A stretch of DNA of 64,000 nucleotides from Nitrospina sp. Its GTDB lineage: Bacteria > Nitrospinota > Nitrospinia > Nitrospinales > VA-1. The stretch lies in the NCBI GenBank assembly GCA_018673915.1, contig JABHBK010000001.1, forward strand, positions 68,069-132,068, given 5' to 3'. The translations under genes were made by a program, and so were the position numbers. Numbering within the stretch: position 1 is the first letter of the stretch; each line of letters opens with the position of its first letter. This document shows positions 27,843 to 36,069 of the stretch, one piece after another. The notes below the pieces were generated by a model. That model saw only the letters and a list, made by a program, of their open reading frames with translations. It was not told the DNA's origin and did no database searches.

Positions 27843-28211
27843 ATGTACGAGGTAACAGTTAAAACTGGATTTTCCGCCGCTCACCAACTCAGGTTGTATG
27901 ACGGCAAATACGAAAACCTCCATGGGCACAATTGGTCTGCTCAAGTCAAGGTTGAGGCCGATGAACTGGATGCTATGGGAGTGGGTATCGACTTTGTAAA
28001 ATTGAAACAGTTTGTCGGAGAGATCCTCGCCGCACTGGATTATCAAAATATCAACGAGGTGCCACCCTTTGACGAACTAAACCCCTCGGCAGAAAATATT
28101 GCCCGCTGGTTATTCTTACAACTCAAGCAAAAGGTCAATACGTCCGGTGTTCGTATAAAATGTGTGGAAATTTGTGAAATGGAAGGTTGTGGTGCCAGCT
28201 ATTTTGAGTGA
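27843..28211 (+). CDS. queD: 6-carboxy-5,6,7,8-tetrahydropterin synthase
   Basis: 122 aa. FSAAHQL...LHGHNW...EICE, the PTPS/QueD His-triad pattern. Confidence 0.85.
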   Translation: MYEVTVKTGFSAAHQLRLYDGKYENLHGHNWSAQVKVEADELDAMGVGIDFVKLKQFVGEILAALDYQNINEVPPFDELNPSAENIARWLFLQLKQKVNTSGVRIKCVEICEMEGCGASYFE

Positions 28212-28543
28212 ATTTTGGTTTTATCGATTTTTCTCCACTTGAACAGGTTTTTCAAGTTTCAATTCTTTCCCCTATCAAACCCTCTAAAGTTTTAAAATAA
28301 TTTCCCCGGGTTTCGGGGCTCGTGACGGGCCCGCCTAATCCTAACCCACCTTTATATTTAAAGTCTGATTTGGCATATATTTATAATCCCTCCCTGGTTT
28401 TGGTAATTACTATCGAAAAATCAATAGCTTGAGTGGGTGTTGATTTTGCTTTCAAGTAAAAATTTTTTATTCCATAACATATTTTAAAATAAGGCTTTAT
28501 AGGTATTTATGTCAAAATTGGTAAAAAAATAATTAGAAAAATA

Positions 28544-28572
28544 TTGACAAAAGTAATTGATTTCTTTATAGT
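28544..28572 (+). promoter_or_regulatory. near-consensus sigma-70 promoter inside a 577-bp intergenic region
   Basis: TTGACA (28544-28549), exactly 17 bp, then TATAGT (28567-28572). Confidence 0.55.
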
Positions 28573-28788
28573 TATTTCATTCTTGAAAAATTAATTAGAG
28601 TTTTCGGCGTCATTTGCGGGGTTTTTTTTCCTTGGTTTCTAAGGGATGGCCCCCAAACCATTTTGAACCTTGTATTGGGTTTAGTTGGGTTGAAGATTCA
28701 GCATTTATTACCGATAGGTTATTTGAGTAAAGTTTTTCTTTTGGAAAAACTGCATTTCTAGCAACCATTTTTTTAGGGGGATCGGATC

Positions 28789-29019
28789 ATGAAAGACCCG
28801 GTAGCCGATTTTTGGGGAAATATTGAGTGCGCATTGGATCAGGGAGGATTTCGATACATTCTAGACGATCTTGTGAGCAAGGTTCGGGCGCAATTGGATG
28901 ATTCATCCATGACAGCCCTGTCCATTGACAGGCATGACCCATATTCGGATATTGCCGCCATTGCGCAAAAGGATGGATTAGAGGATTTTGCTCTTGCCCT
29001 TCGTTTTGCTAATGATTAA
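28789..29019 (+). CDS. hypothetical 76-aa acidic protein
   Basis: ATG preceded by AGGGGGA, and followed by a very strong terminator. I do not recognise the family. Confidence 0.5.
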   Translation: MKDPVADFWGNIECALDQGGFRYILDDLVSKVRAQLDDSSMTALSIDRHDPYSDIAAIAQKDGLEDFALALRFAND

Positions 29020-29096
29020 GGCTAAAAAGTAACTCAAAAATATTTTTGTCGGGAGAATCCAACCCCTCCCGTTGTTTGGGCCTCATGTTTCATTTG

Positions 29097-29143
29097 GAAG
29101 CCCCTGTTCTTTTCAGGCAGAACAGGGGCTTCCTTATTGTTTG
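29097..29143 (+). terminator. Rho-independent terminator
   Basis: Perfect 14-bp stem GAAGCCCCTGTTCT / AGAACAGGGGCTTC with an 8-nt loop, followed by a T-rich tail CTTATTGTTT. Confidence 0.8.
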
Positions 29144-29240
29144 ATATCATTCCTTCCCCTTCTCAAATCCATCGGTATAATACCTGAAGAAGGTTTTGTC
29201 TTTCCCAACTGCGTTACTTTTATTCTCGGGCGAATTTATG

Positions 29241-31226
29241 GTCCATTTGATTGAAGACTTAGCCGTACTACTTCTGGTTTCCCTTCCGATAAACCTGCTA
29301 TTCCATAAAATTAAATTGCCCTCGGTCATGGGTTATCTTATTGCTGGGGTTTTAATCGGTCCCTATGGATTGAAATTGATCTCTGATGTGCCTTCCGTTA
29401 AGGAACTGGCCGAAATTGGAGTGATCTTACTTCTATTTGTAATTGGGTTGGAATTTTCTCTTGGACGCATACTCAAAAGTTTAGCCTCGATTTTAGGGGT
29501 CGGGGGTTTGCAACTGGGGCTGACAACGGCTTTTGTCTGGTTCATCTTCATCAAGATGGGGTATCAGCAAAACCAAAGCATGGCTTTGGGGTTGATTGTT
29601 GCTTTGAGCAGTACTGCAATCGTCATGAAAATGATTACTGATCGGGCAGAAATAGATACTTTGCACGGCAAGCTTTGTATTGGCACTCTTCTTTTTCAGG
29701 ATTTATGTGTGGTTCCCATCATGCTTCTTATGCCTCTTCTTGCGCAGTCAGAGGTTACCTCCGCCACTGATTTTATATTCGCAATGGTTAAGTCTCTGAC
29801 AGCTGTGGTCGCGATATTTTTTCTATCCCGGTTGATCGTTCCAAAAGCTTTGGTGTGGGTTGCCCGTGTTGGAAATAAGGAACACCTTACGCTTTCCGTA
29901 CTTTTTATAATTCTTGCTACGGGCTGGGCATCACAGAAAATGGGTTTGACCCTGGCGATGGGAGCCTTGATCGCAGGGATGATCATTTCGGAGTCCGAGT
30001 ACAACCACCAGATTATTCTCGATATCCTTCCATTACGGGATTATTTCAGCAGCATCTTTTTTATTTCGGTTGGAATGCTTTTGCAAACGCAGATATTTGT
30101 GGAATCTATTTGGGTCTGTGTAGCACTCGCTGTTCTGGTGATATTGCTAAAAGCAGGGCTGGCAGGCCTGGCCTGTTTGTTGGTACGAGTGCCTTTGAGG
30201 ATTTCTTTTGTGGTAGGACTGCGCTTGGCGCAAGTGGGTGAGTTCTCTCTGATTCTTTCTGCGATGGCACTGGATCAGGGTTTGTTCGACTCCCATCAAT
30301 ACCAGCTCTTGCTCATTGTTTCGATTCTCTCTATGCTTTTTGCTCCCCTGATGATTCAGCTATCTACGGCACTTTCCATCAGAATATTTTCCAAGTGGAA
30401 AACAGAAGAAACTGATTCCGAGCAGAAACAGGATCTTAAAGGACATGTCATCATAGTAGGATATGGCCTGGGTGGCCGAACGCTTGCCCAGGTGCTGCTT
30501 GAAACACAGATTCCCTTCCTCGTTCTGGATCTGGATGGTGAGCAGGTGAAACGGGCTTTGACAGAAGGAATCCAAACTCATTATGGAGATTGTACTCAGG
30601 AAGAAACCTTAAACCGCGTGGGTTTGCAGGAGGCACGGATGATTGTGTTTTCTATCCCGGATTATACGGTGATGGAAAAGGCCGTGCGTCTTGCCCGAAA
30701 GGTGAACCCTCAGATCAAGATCATGGTTAGAACCCGATTGACTGCACAAGTTGAAGAATTAAAATCGGCGGGAGCGGATGAAGTAATCCCTGAGGAGTTT
30801 GAAACCTCCATTGAAATTTTTTCGCGGGTATTACGCGACTACCGTATTCCCAATAATGTTATCGAGCAGCAGGTGGAATTGATCCGGCTTGAAGGGTACA
30901 GCATGTTCAGAGGGCTGTCTTTAAACACTGAAAGCTTGAAAAAGTTTTCAACCTATCTCACGGCCACCCTCACCGAATCATACCTGGTTTTGGAAAGCAG
31001 TTGGGCGCGGGAAAGGATGCTGGGAGATATAGATGTCACCACTATAACGGGAGCGGTTGTCATCGCGGTAGTAAGGAAAAATAAACCTCATCCTAACCCC
31101 AGTTCAGAATATGTCGTGGTATCTGGAGATATCCTTGTTCTATTCGGCAGTCATATGCAACTGGATCGGGCGATCACCTATTTGGAGTCGGGTCAGTGTC
31201 CAATCAATAAACAGGATCCAAAATAA
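29241..31226 (+). CDS. CPA2-family cation:proton antiporter with RCK (TrkA-N/TrkA-C) domains
   Basis: About 12 TM Na_H_Exchanger-type helices, then HVIIVGYGLGGRTLA (Rossmann) and a C-terminal TrkA-C-like GDILVLFG. Start chosen at MVHLIEDL. Confidence 0.85.
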   Translation, partial: VHLIEDLAVLLLVSLPINLLFHKIKLPSVMGYLIAGVLIGPYGLKLISDVPSVKELAEIGVILLLFVIGLEFSLGRILKSLASILGVGGLQLGLTTAFVWFIFIKMGYQQNQSMALGLIVALSSTAIVMKMITDRAEIDTLHGKLCIGTLLFQDLCVVPIMLLMPLLAQSEVTSATDFIFAMVKSLTAVVAIFFLSRLIVPKALVWVARVGNKEHLTLSVLFIILATGWASQKMGLTLAMGALIAGMIISESEYNHQIILDILPLRDYFSSIFFISVGMLLQTQIFVESIWVCVALAVLVILLKAGLAGLACLLVRVPLRISFVVGLRLAQVGEFSLILSAMALDQGLFDSHQYQLLLIVSILSMLFAPLMIQLSTALSIRIFSKWKTEETDSEQKQDLKGHVIIVGYGLGGRTLAQVLLETQIPFLVLDLDGEQVKRALTEGIQTHYGDCTQEETLNRVGLQEARMIVFSIPDYTVMEKAVRLARKVNPQIKIMVRTRLTAQVEELKSAGADEVIPEEFETSIEIFSRVLRDYRIPNNVIEQQVELIRLEGYSMFRGLSLNTESLKKFSTYLTATLTESYLVLESSWARERMLGDIDVTTITGAVVIAVVRKNKPHPNPSSEYVVVSGDILVLFGSHMQLDRAITYLESGQCPINKQDPK

Positions 31227-31232
31227 AATCTG

Positions 31233-31970
31233 ATGAGTCAAGTTATCACTAAGGCAGTTATCCTCGCCGCCGGAATGGGGTTGAGAATGAAAGAGATGGG
31301 CGAGGAAATTCCTAAAGGCTTTATCCGGCTGGGAAAATCACCCATTATCGAACATTCACTCAAGGCTTTGATCTCGTGTGGTATCAAAGAAATCATCATC
31401 GTTACGGGTTATAAGGGCGAGTATTATGAGAACTTGAAGGAAACATATCCCCAAATTAAAACTGTTGAAAATACCAGGTTTGCTAAAACCGGTACCATGT
31501 ACTCTCTCTGGTGTGCGCGGGAATATGTTGATTCCGATTTTATTCTGCTTGAATCAGATTTAATTTATGCTTCGGGAGAGATAGCCAAAATAATAAATGT
31601 GCCCTTCGGTGATTGCCTATTATTGTCGGGAACGACCCATGCCGGGGATGAGGTTTATGTGGAAGCTGTTGAAAACCGCGTTTCCCAGATATCAAAAAAC
31701 CGGGAAAAAATAAAAAATTCTATCGGGGAATATATTGGGATCGCTAAAATTTCAAAGCCCCTGTTCAGCAAGTTAATTCAAATAGCCGAGTCCCAGTTTG
31801 ATACAGACCCAAAGATCAGTTATGACATGGATTGCCTGGTTCAAGTCGCAAATGAATATCCGATTAATTTTTTACAGATGGATGGATTGGATTGGGCTGA
31901 GATCGACGACCTCGCGCAATTAGAAAGAGCTCAAAAAGTTTGGCAGAGAATAAAAGCCAAGCGACCATAA
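31233..31970 (+). CDS. sugar/alcohol-phosphate nucleotidyltransferase (NTP_transferase fold)
   Basis: KAVILAAGMGLRM signature. LicC / cytidylyltransferase-like length of 245 aa. Confidence 0.7.
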   Translation: MSQVITKAVILAAGMGLRMKEMGEEIPKGFIRLGKSPIIEHSLKALISCGIKEIIIVTGYKGEYYENLKETYPQIKTVENTRFAKTGTMYSLWCAREYVDSDFILLESDLIYASGEIAKIINVPFGDCLLLSGTTHAGDEVYVEAVENRVSQISKNREKIKNSIGEYIGIAKISKPLFSKLIQIAESQFDTDPKISYDMDCLVQVANEYPINFLQMDGLDWAEIDDLAQLERAQKVWQRIKAKRP

Positions 31971-32001
31971 TCCCTCCCAAACCTTTCTTGCCCTCCGGAT
32001 T

Positions 32002-32403
32002 CTAAATATTGCTCATGAACTCCGGTTCGATGAGGTTCCTGATAATATCCCCGCGAGAAACTACCCCAACCAGCTTCTCATCTTTAACGACCGGAAGACG
32101 GATGATAGAAAACTCCTCCATCATTTTAATCATTTCAGTTATGGGGGTATCCGGGTTTACCGTTGCAACATCCGGGGTCATGATGTCACCCGCGTTGAGG
32201 TGCGAAAGTTCATGCCCATCGTTAAGGGCTTTCAGAATGTCTATTTCCGTTACAATGCCGATGACTTTGCCATCCTCCTCGGTAACAGGCATTCCGCTGT
32301 ACTGCTCATTTATAAATTGAAGGGCGATATCCCGTGCAGAGGCTTTCAACTTGGCTGATATTGCAGGGCGTGTCATGATTTCAGAAGCGGTTCTATCTTC
32401 CAT
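32002..32403 (-). CDS. CBS-pair domain protein
   Basis: Two CBS motifs: IMTRPAISA...GMPVTEEDGKVIGIVTEIDIL and IMTPDVATV...RLPVVKDEKLVGVVSRGDII. Confidence 0.88.
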   Translation of the reverse strand: MEDRTASEIMTRPAISAKLKASARDIALQFINEQYSGMPVTEEDGKVIGIVTEIDILKALNDGHELSHLNAGDIMTPDVATVNPDTPITEMIKMMEEFSIIRLPVVKDEKLVGVVSRGDIIRNLIEPEFMSNI

Positions 32404-32530
32404 AATCTATCACTTCCTTTCTGGTTGAACAGGTAGATTCCAAACCTTTAGTAACTGTCCTATTGGGATAGATATCTAAATAGAAAAATTAATTCCCGCA
32501 AAAATGAAGAAATTGGGAGGGAGAAAAAGA

Positions 32531-33190
32531 TTAACCGAACTCGTATTCCGTATCAGAAATCCATACGATGGATAAGTTTTCAGGGAACAACGTTTCTTTA
32601 TTAATGAAGGTGGTTTCTATTTGATCCGGGGTGAGATTTTTTGCTTGCTGGAGGTTGGCACCTGAAAGATTGGCGTGGTTCATATAGGTGTTTTTAAAAT
32701 TGGCGCCGGTAAGGTTGCAGTTTGTCAGGTCAGCGGCAATGAGTTCTGCATTGGAGAAATTGGCACCTGAAAGATCCGCGTTGGATAAAAAAACTCCTGT
32801 CATATTGGTGTCGCTGAGGTCAGCATTTTTAAAGGTGGAGTTTTGCAGGTCGGCTCCTTCAATGTCGGACTCTTTCAGATTGGCCTGACTAAAGTCTGCG
32901 GAAACCATATTAGCCTCGACCAGATTCGCTTGGGTCAGAATAGCCCCGACAAATTTGGTGCCTGGGGCGCGGGATCGATATAGAAGTGTTCTGTGGAGCC
33001 GAGCGCCCTCAAAGTTGGCAGAGCTGATATCGGCCTCACAGAGGTCGGCCTCGCTCAGATCGGCATCCTTTAAACATGCCTCAATCAAAACCCCTGAACT
33101 CAAGTCGGCTTCTTTTAAGTCGGCTCCTGTGAAGTCAGCTTCATGCAGGTTTTTTTTGGAGTTTTCTGCTCTGGATTTTTCTGAGCTCAT
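32531..33190 (-). CDS. pentapeptide-repeat protein
   Basis: Long run of A(D/N)Lxx pentapeptides (ADLKEADLSSGVLIEACLKDADLSEADLCEADIS...). Confidence 0.9.
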   Translation of the reverse strand: MSSEKSRAENSKKNLHEADFTGADLKEADLSSGVLIEACLKDADLSEADLCEADISSANFEGARLHRTLLYRSRAPGTKFVGAILTQANLVEANMVSADFSQANLKESDIEGADLQNSTFKNADLSDTNMTGVFLSNADLSGANFSNAELIAADLTNCNLTGANFKNTYMNHANLSGANLQQAKNLTPDQIETTFINKETLFPENLSIVWISDTEYEFG

Positions 33191-33330
33191 AACAAGTCTT
33201 TGATAATGGAACCAGGGAGTCTAGGCTAAATCCTGACTGGAGTTTCGTCAAGGGAGAAGTCTAAAAAAATCAGGTGCCTGCGGTTCCTGTCCATGATAAT
33301 CTGTGTTTCAAACTTGGAATGGAGAAAACA

Positions 33331-33711
33331 ATGTCTGAAAATGATTTTATCAAATTATCTGTCCCGAAGAATTCGGGACCGGAACTTGATTTGCTCCTTG
33401 CTTTGCATATGGGTTGGAAACACTGGTCTGGCAGCGAGTTGACCCTAAAGATGCATTTAGAAGAAATCAGCAATAATCCGGCAGTGATTGTTCCTAAATT
33501 CTCAACGGACCATAATGCTTTTTTTGATCATGTGGTGGCCCATTTTGTAAATCTGGATATGGGTTTTGTTGCCAGCTATGGAGTGGAAGATCAAATGTGG
33601 CATGTTGAGATCAAAGTTGGAAATGAAAGCTTTATAGGCAAAGATTATGAGTTGCCCCATGCCGGTTCGTTGGCTGCAATCCCTGCATTACGCAAAATCA
33701 AACAAAGCTAA
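33331..33711 (+). CDS. phage ABA-sandwich-domain-like protein
   Basis: Start chosen at ATG after GGAGAAAACA. ELDLLLALHMGW...VPKFSTDHNAFFDHV...ELPHAGSLAAIPAL resembles the ELDALVAEKVMGW...PxYSTD...A..A.LRA pattern. Confidence 0.45.
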   Translation: MSENDFIKLSVPKNSGPELDLLLALHMGWKHWSGSELTLKMHLEEISNNPAVIVPKFSTDHNAFFDHVVAHFVNLDMGFVASYGVEDQMWHVEIKVGNESFIGKDYELPHAGSLAAIPALRKIKQS

Positions 33712-33737
33712 ACAGTTTTCTCGAGGTAGTAATTAGT

Positions 33738-34250
33738 TTGTTTAACAAAATGAAAATAACAACCCTGTTATTGCTTGTCCTGCTGGGGGGGACCGTCAAT
33801 CCGGTTTTTTCTGCCACGGACAAAACCGAGGACATTCGTAAACTGCTTAAAGTTTCCGGTATTCTGGACCAATTGGATTATATGCAGGACTCTCTCCTGA
33901 ACAATGTCTCAATGATGGTGACGGGGAGCTTTCCCAAAGTTCCCGAGGCGTTCTGGGGGGATTTTAATAAATTGATGGGAAAGAAAGAAATGGATGAATT
34001 GGTAGAGCGGGTGATTCCGGTTTATGAAAAGCATATGTCGCCCGAGACAGTCAAAAAACTCATCACCATGTTTGAGACTCCGTTTTGGAATGAGTGGAAA
34101 GAACAAATGCCCAAGATCAGCCGCGAAGCAGGGCAGATTGGCAGTGAATGGGGCAGGGAGATCACCCAGTCCAAAGCATTCAATGAAAAACTGGAAGGCC
34201 TCATCAAAAAATACGAACTGGAAAAATTAAATAAGGCTGAACAAAAATAA
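33738..34250 (+). CDS. secreted DUF2059-like protein
   Basis: Signal peptide and a helical repeat. Family assignment is from weak recollection. Confidence 0.45.
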   Translation: MFNKMKITTLLLLVLLGGTVNPVFSATDKTEDIRKLLKVSGILDQLDYMQDSLLNNVSMMVTGSFPKVPEAFWGDFNKLMGKKEMDELVERVIPVYEKHMSPETVKKLITMFETPFWNEWKEQMPKISREAGQIGSEWGREITQSKAFNEKLEGLIKKYELEKLNKAEQK

Positions 34251-34283
34251 AAACCGGAGATAGGCCTAAGCCTACCCCCGGTT
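34243..34283 (-). terminator. Rho-independent terminator ending the sigma-54 peptide/cupredoxin/cytochrome c operon
   Basis: The minus strand reads AACCGG-ggg-TAGGC-ttag-GCCTA-tct-CCGGTT, then TTTATTTTTG. It lies 14 nt after the cytochrome c stop. Confidence 0.7.
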
Positions 34284-34297
34284 CCAAACCCCCACCT

Positions 34298-34726
34298 TTA
34301 CTTGACCCAGCTTTGGCGGATGTATTTCACGACATCCCAGATCTCTTTATCCTTCATAGATTTTTTGTGAGCGACCATCCCGGTTCCGGGGGAACCATTT
34401 TTGATGATCCAGAACATTTGTCCGGCCGAAACATCTTTCATGGTATCGCTACAAGTGAAGTTGCGAGGATTAGGTTTTAACGCTTTACCCAGTTTGCCCA
34501 TGCCATCGCCCTTTTTTCCGTGACACATTTTACAGGCCAAAGGTTTTGCTTTTTTGGCGTAGATCTTTTTGCCATTTTCCGCGTTCGCCTTGGCAGTTTT
34601 ATCCATCGATGCGATATTCGAAGGGGCCGATTTAGTTTTCCTTGGTTGTGGACAGTTGCTGGCCGCCCAGGTGGAGGTGGTGAAGAACAGGATGCTTATT
34701 GCAGTTATTAGTAAGGTTTTTTTCAT
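34298..34726 (-). CDS. class-I mono-haem cytochrome c
   Basis: Internal ATG MKKTLLITAISILFF (signal peptide). Haem motif CKMCHG, with a distal Met candidate in PGTGMVAH. Confidence 0.8.
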   Translation of the reverse strand: MKKTLLITAISILFFTTSTWAASNCPQPRKTKSAPSNIASMDKTAKANAENGKKIYAKKAKPLACKMCHGKKGDGMGKLGKALKPNPRNFTCSDTMKDVSAGQMFWIIKNGSPGTGMVAHKKSMKDKEIWDVVKYIRQSWVK

Positions 34727-34847
34727 TTTGGTTTCTCCTCTTTCTTGTTGATGAATACGTTTCTCAAGTTTTAATCCCAACCCCCTCGATCCCCCTTGCC
34801 TAGGGGAGGCTAATTTACCCATGACAAGGAGGATAGGGAGGCCGAAA

Positions 34848-35648
34848 TTACTTCGCTGTCAATTCAAAGTTAGCGTTGATTTTTGCTCCTTCTGCTACCG
34901 TGACTTCCTGAGTCATTTCCCCTACATAAGGATGCCATGCGGTGACTTTGTAAGTACCGGCAGGAATATTATCCAAGGTGAATGAGTCTGTGCTCACGGT
35001 GTAGTAAGGATTCCAAACGATTCGCGCATCTGCTTCCATGTAGTTATGCTGGTCGCATTGCAGGAAAAAATGGGAATCCTTTTTAGCTTTTAATCGCTTG
35101 AGGGACTTGGTGACATCGGCAATAGACCCTTTAGAAGGAAGCGGTTTATTAAACAGCGTTTTACGATTCGCTCCTTTAATGGAATAACCGTGTGGGTTGT
35201 GCAGAGTGTTCTCGTCTTGATTGGTCACTTGCACCAAGCCTTCTTTCATACCTTTTGGTGTTTTACGGATGACCGTTACCTTGGGGAAAATATCACATTG
35301 CCGGAAATCGAAATTCACAGTTTTTTCAGACCAGGCTTTGCCTTTGCTGATATTTTCGATCAGGATCACTGCGTTGTGAAGTTTTCCATCTTTAACCTCT
35401 ACTTTCTGCCTGGGTCGGATACCTCCCTCTTGTGTATCGGGGTGGGTGGCGCAGAACTCGGCATTTTTGCCTTTGCTCAAATCTTCCAGGATAGGCGCGG
35501 GGACGTTTCCTTTGAACATAACGCTTCCTGTAATAGACCCCCCATTGGAAACCTTTGCTTCTTCATAGCTGGCTTTCTTTGCGTGAACATTACCCGCCAG
35601 GGCCAGTGTGATTACGGTAGTGACTGCTATTAAGTTTAATTTTTTCAT
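34848..35648 (-). CDS. periplasmic cupredoxin-like (type-1 Cu) protein flanked by carboxypeptidase-regulatory-like segments
   Basis: Signal peptide present. VTNQDENTLHNPHGY plus the FFLQCDQHNYM loop (H ... C-x2-H-x2-M). GSITGSV... at the N-terminus and FTLDNIPAGTYKVTAW...ANFEL at the C-terminus. Confidence 0.6.
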   Translation of the reverse strand: MKKLNLIAVTTVITLALAGNVHAKKASYEEAKVSNGGSITGSVMFKGNVPAPILEDLSKGKNAEFCATHPDTQEGGIRPRQKVEVKDGKLHNAVILIENISKGKAWSEKTVNFDFRQCDIFPKVTVIRKTPKGMKEGLVQVTNQDENTLHNPHGYSIKGANRKTLFNKPLPSKGSIADVTKSLKRLKAKKDSHFFLQCDQHNYMEADARIVWNPYYTVSTDSFTLDNIPAGTYKVTAWHPYVGEMTQEVTVAEGAKINANFELTAK

Positions 35649-35686
35649 GATGATTCTCCTTCCTCTTGTTGTTGTTCCTGCTTGTC

Positions 35687-35869
35687 TTAATTAAATTTTG
35701 GGGTGGGGCCGGGAAAAGGAGGTCCATCCCGGCCCCAACTGCAGACAACGGGGAAGGCTCCGTTGCCCGCACTTGCACTCAGAAAAATTTGAATGCAAGT
35801 CGTTCCCTCGGGGCATGGTCCGGCACCGCTAGGTTGTGCCAGGGTTCCCTTTGAGATTAAGTTTTTCAT
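35687..35869 (-). CDS. 60-aa Cys/Gly/Pro-rich ORF, first cistron after a sigma-54 promoter
   Basis: ATG preceded by GAAAGGAAGG. Translation is MKNLISKGTLAQPSGAGPCPEGTTCIQIFLSASAGNGAFPVVCSWGRDGPPFPGPTPKFN. The region is GC-rich and could instead be a structured leader. Confidence 0.4.
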   Translation of the reverse strand: MKNLISKGTLAQPSGAGPCPEGTTCIQIFLSASAGNGAFPVVCSWGRDGPPFPGPTPKFN

Positions 35870-35907
35870 GGCTTGCCTTCCTTTCAAGTATTTCTAATCT
35901 ATTAGAG

Positions 35908-35923
35908 AGCAAGGCTCATGCCG
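35908..35923 (-). promoter_or_regulatory. sigma-54 promoter
   Basis: The minus strand reads CGGCAT-gagcc-TTGCT (GG-N10-GC spacing correct), about 40 nt upstream of the small-ORF ATG. Confidence 0.65.
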
Positions 35924-36069
35924 AAAAAGATGGAGAAAAAATAAAGTCTTTAAGCGGTTATTTAACAAGAGGTTTAGAGAAAGCTATTGCGGAAGGGAAT
36001 GGGGAGTCGATTCGGAAAATGCCATATCGGGACGAAGCCGTCCCATTATGGGATTGTGTCAGAGGGGAA

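Noticed and set aside
34727-34822. N-terminal 32-codon extension of the cytochrome c ORF (track start 34822)
   Set aside because: The extension (MGKLASPRQGGSRGLGLKLEKRIHQQERGETK) precedes a perfect signal peptide that starts at the internal ATG. It also contains a CCCCT-N6-AGGGG hairpin, so it is more likely an intergenic leader.
35821-35842. Plus-strand GGCACCGCTAGGTTGTGCC resembles a -24/-12 element
   Set aside because: The spacing is wrong and there is no plausible plus-strand gene downstream (35836-36078 is a shadow ORF). It is a 5-bp inverted repeat within the minus-strand small ORF or leader.
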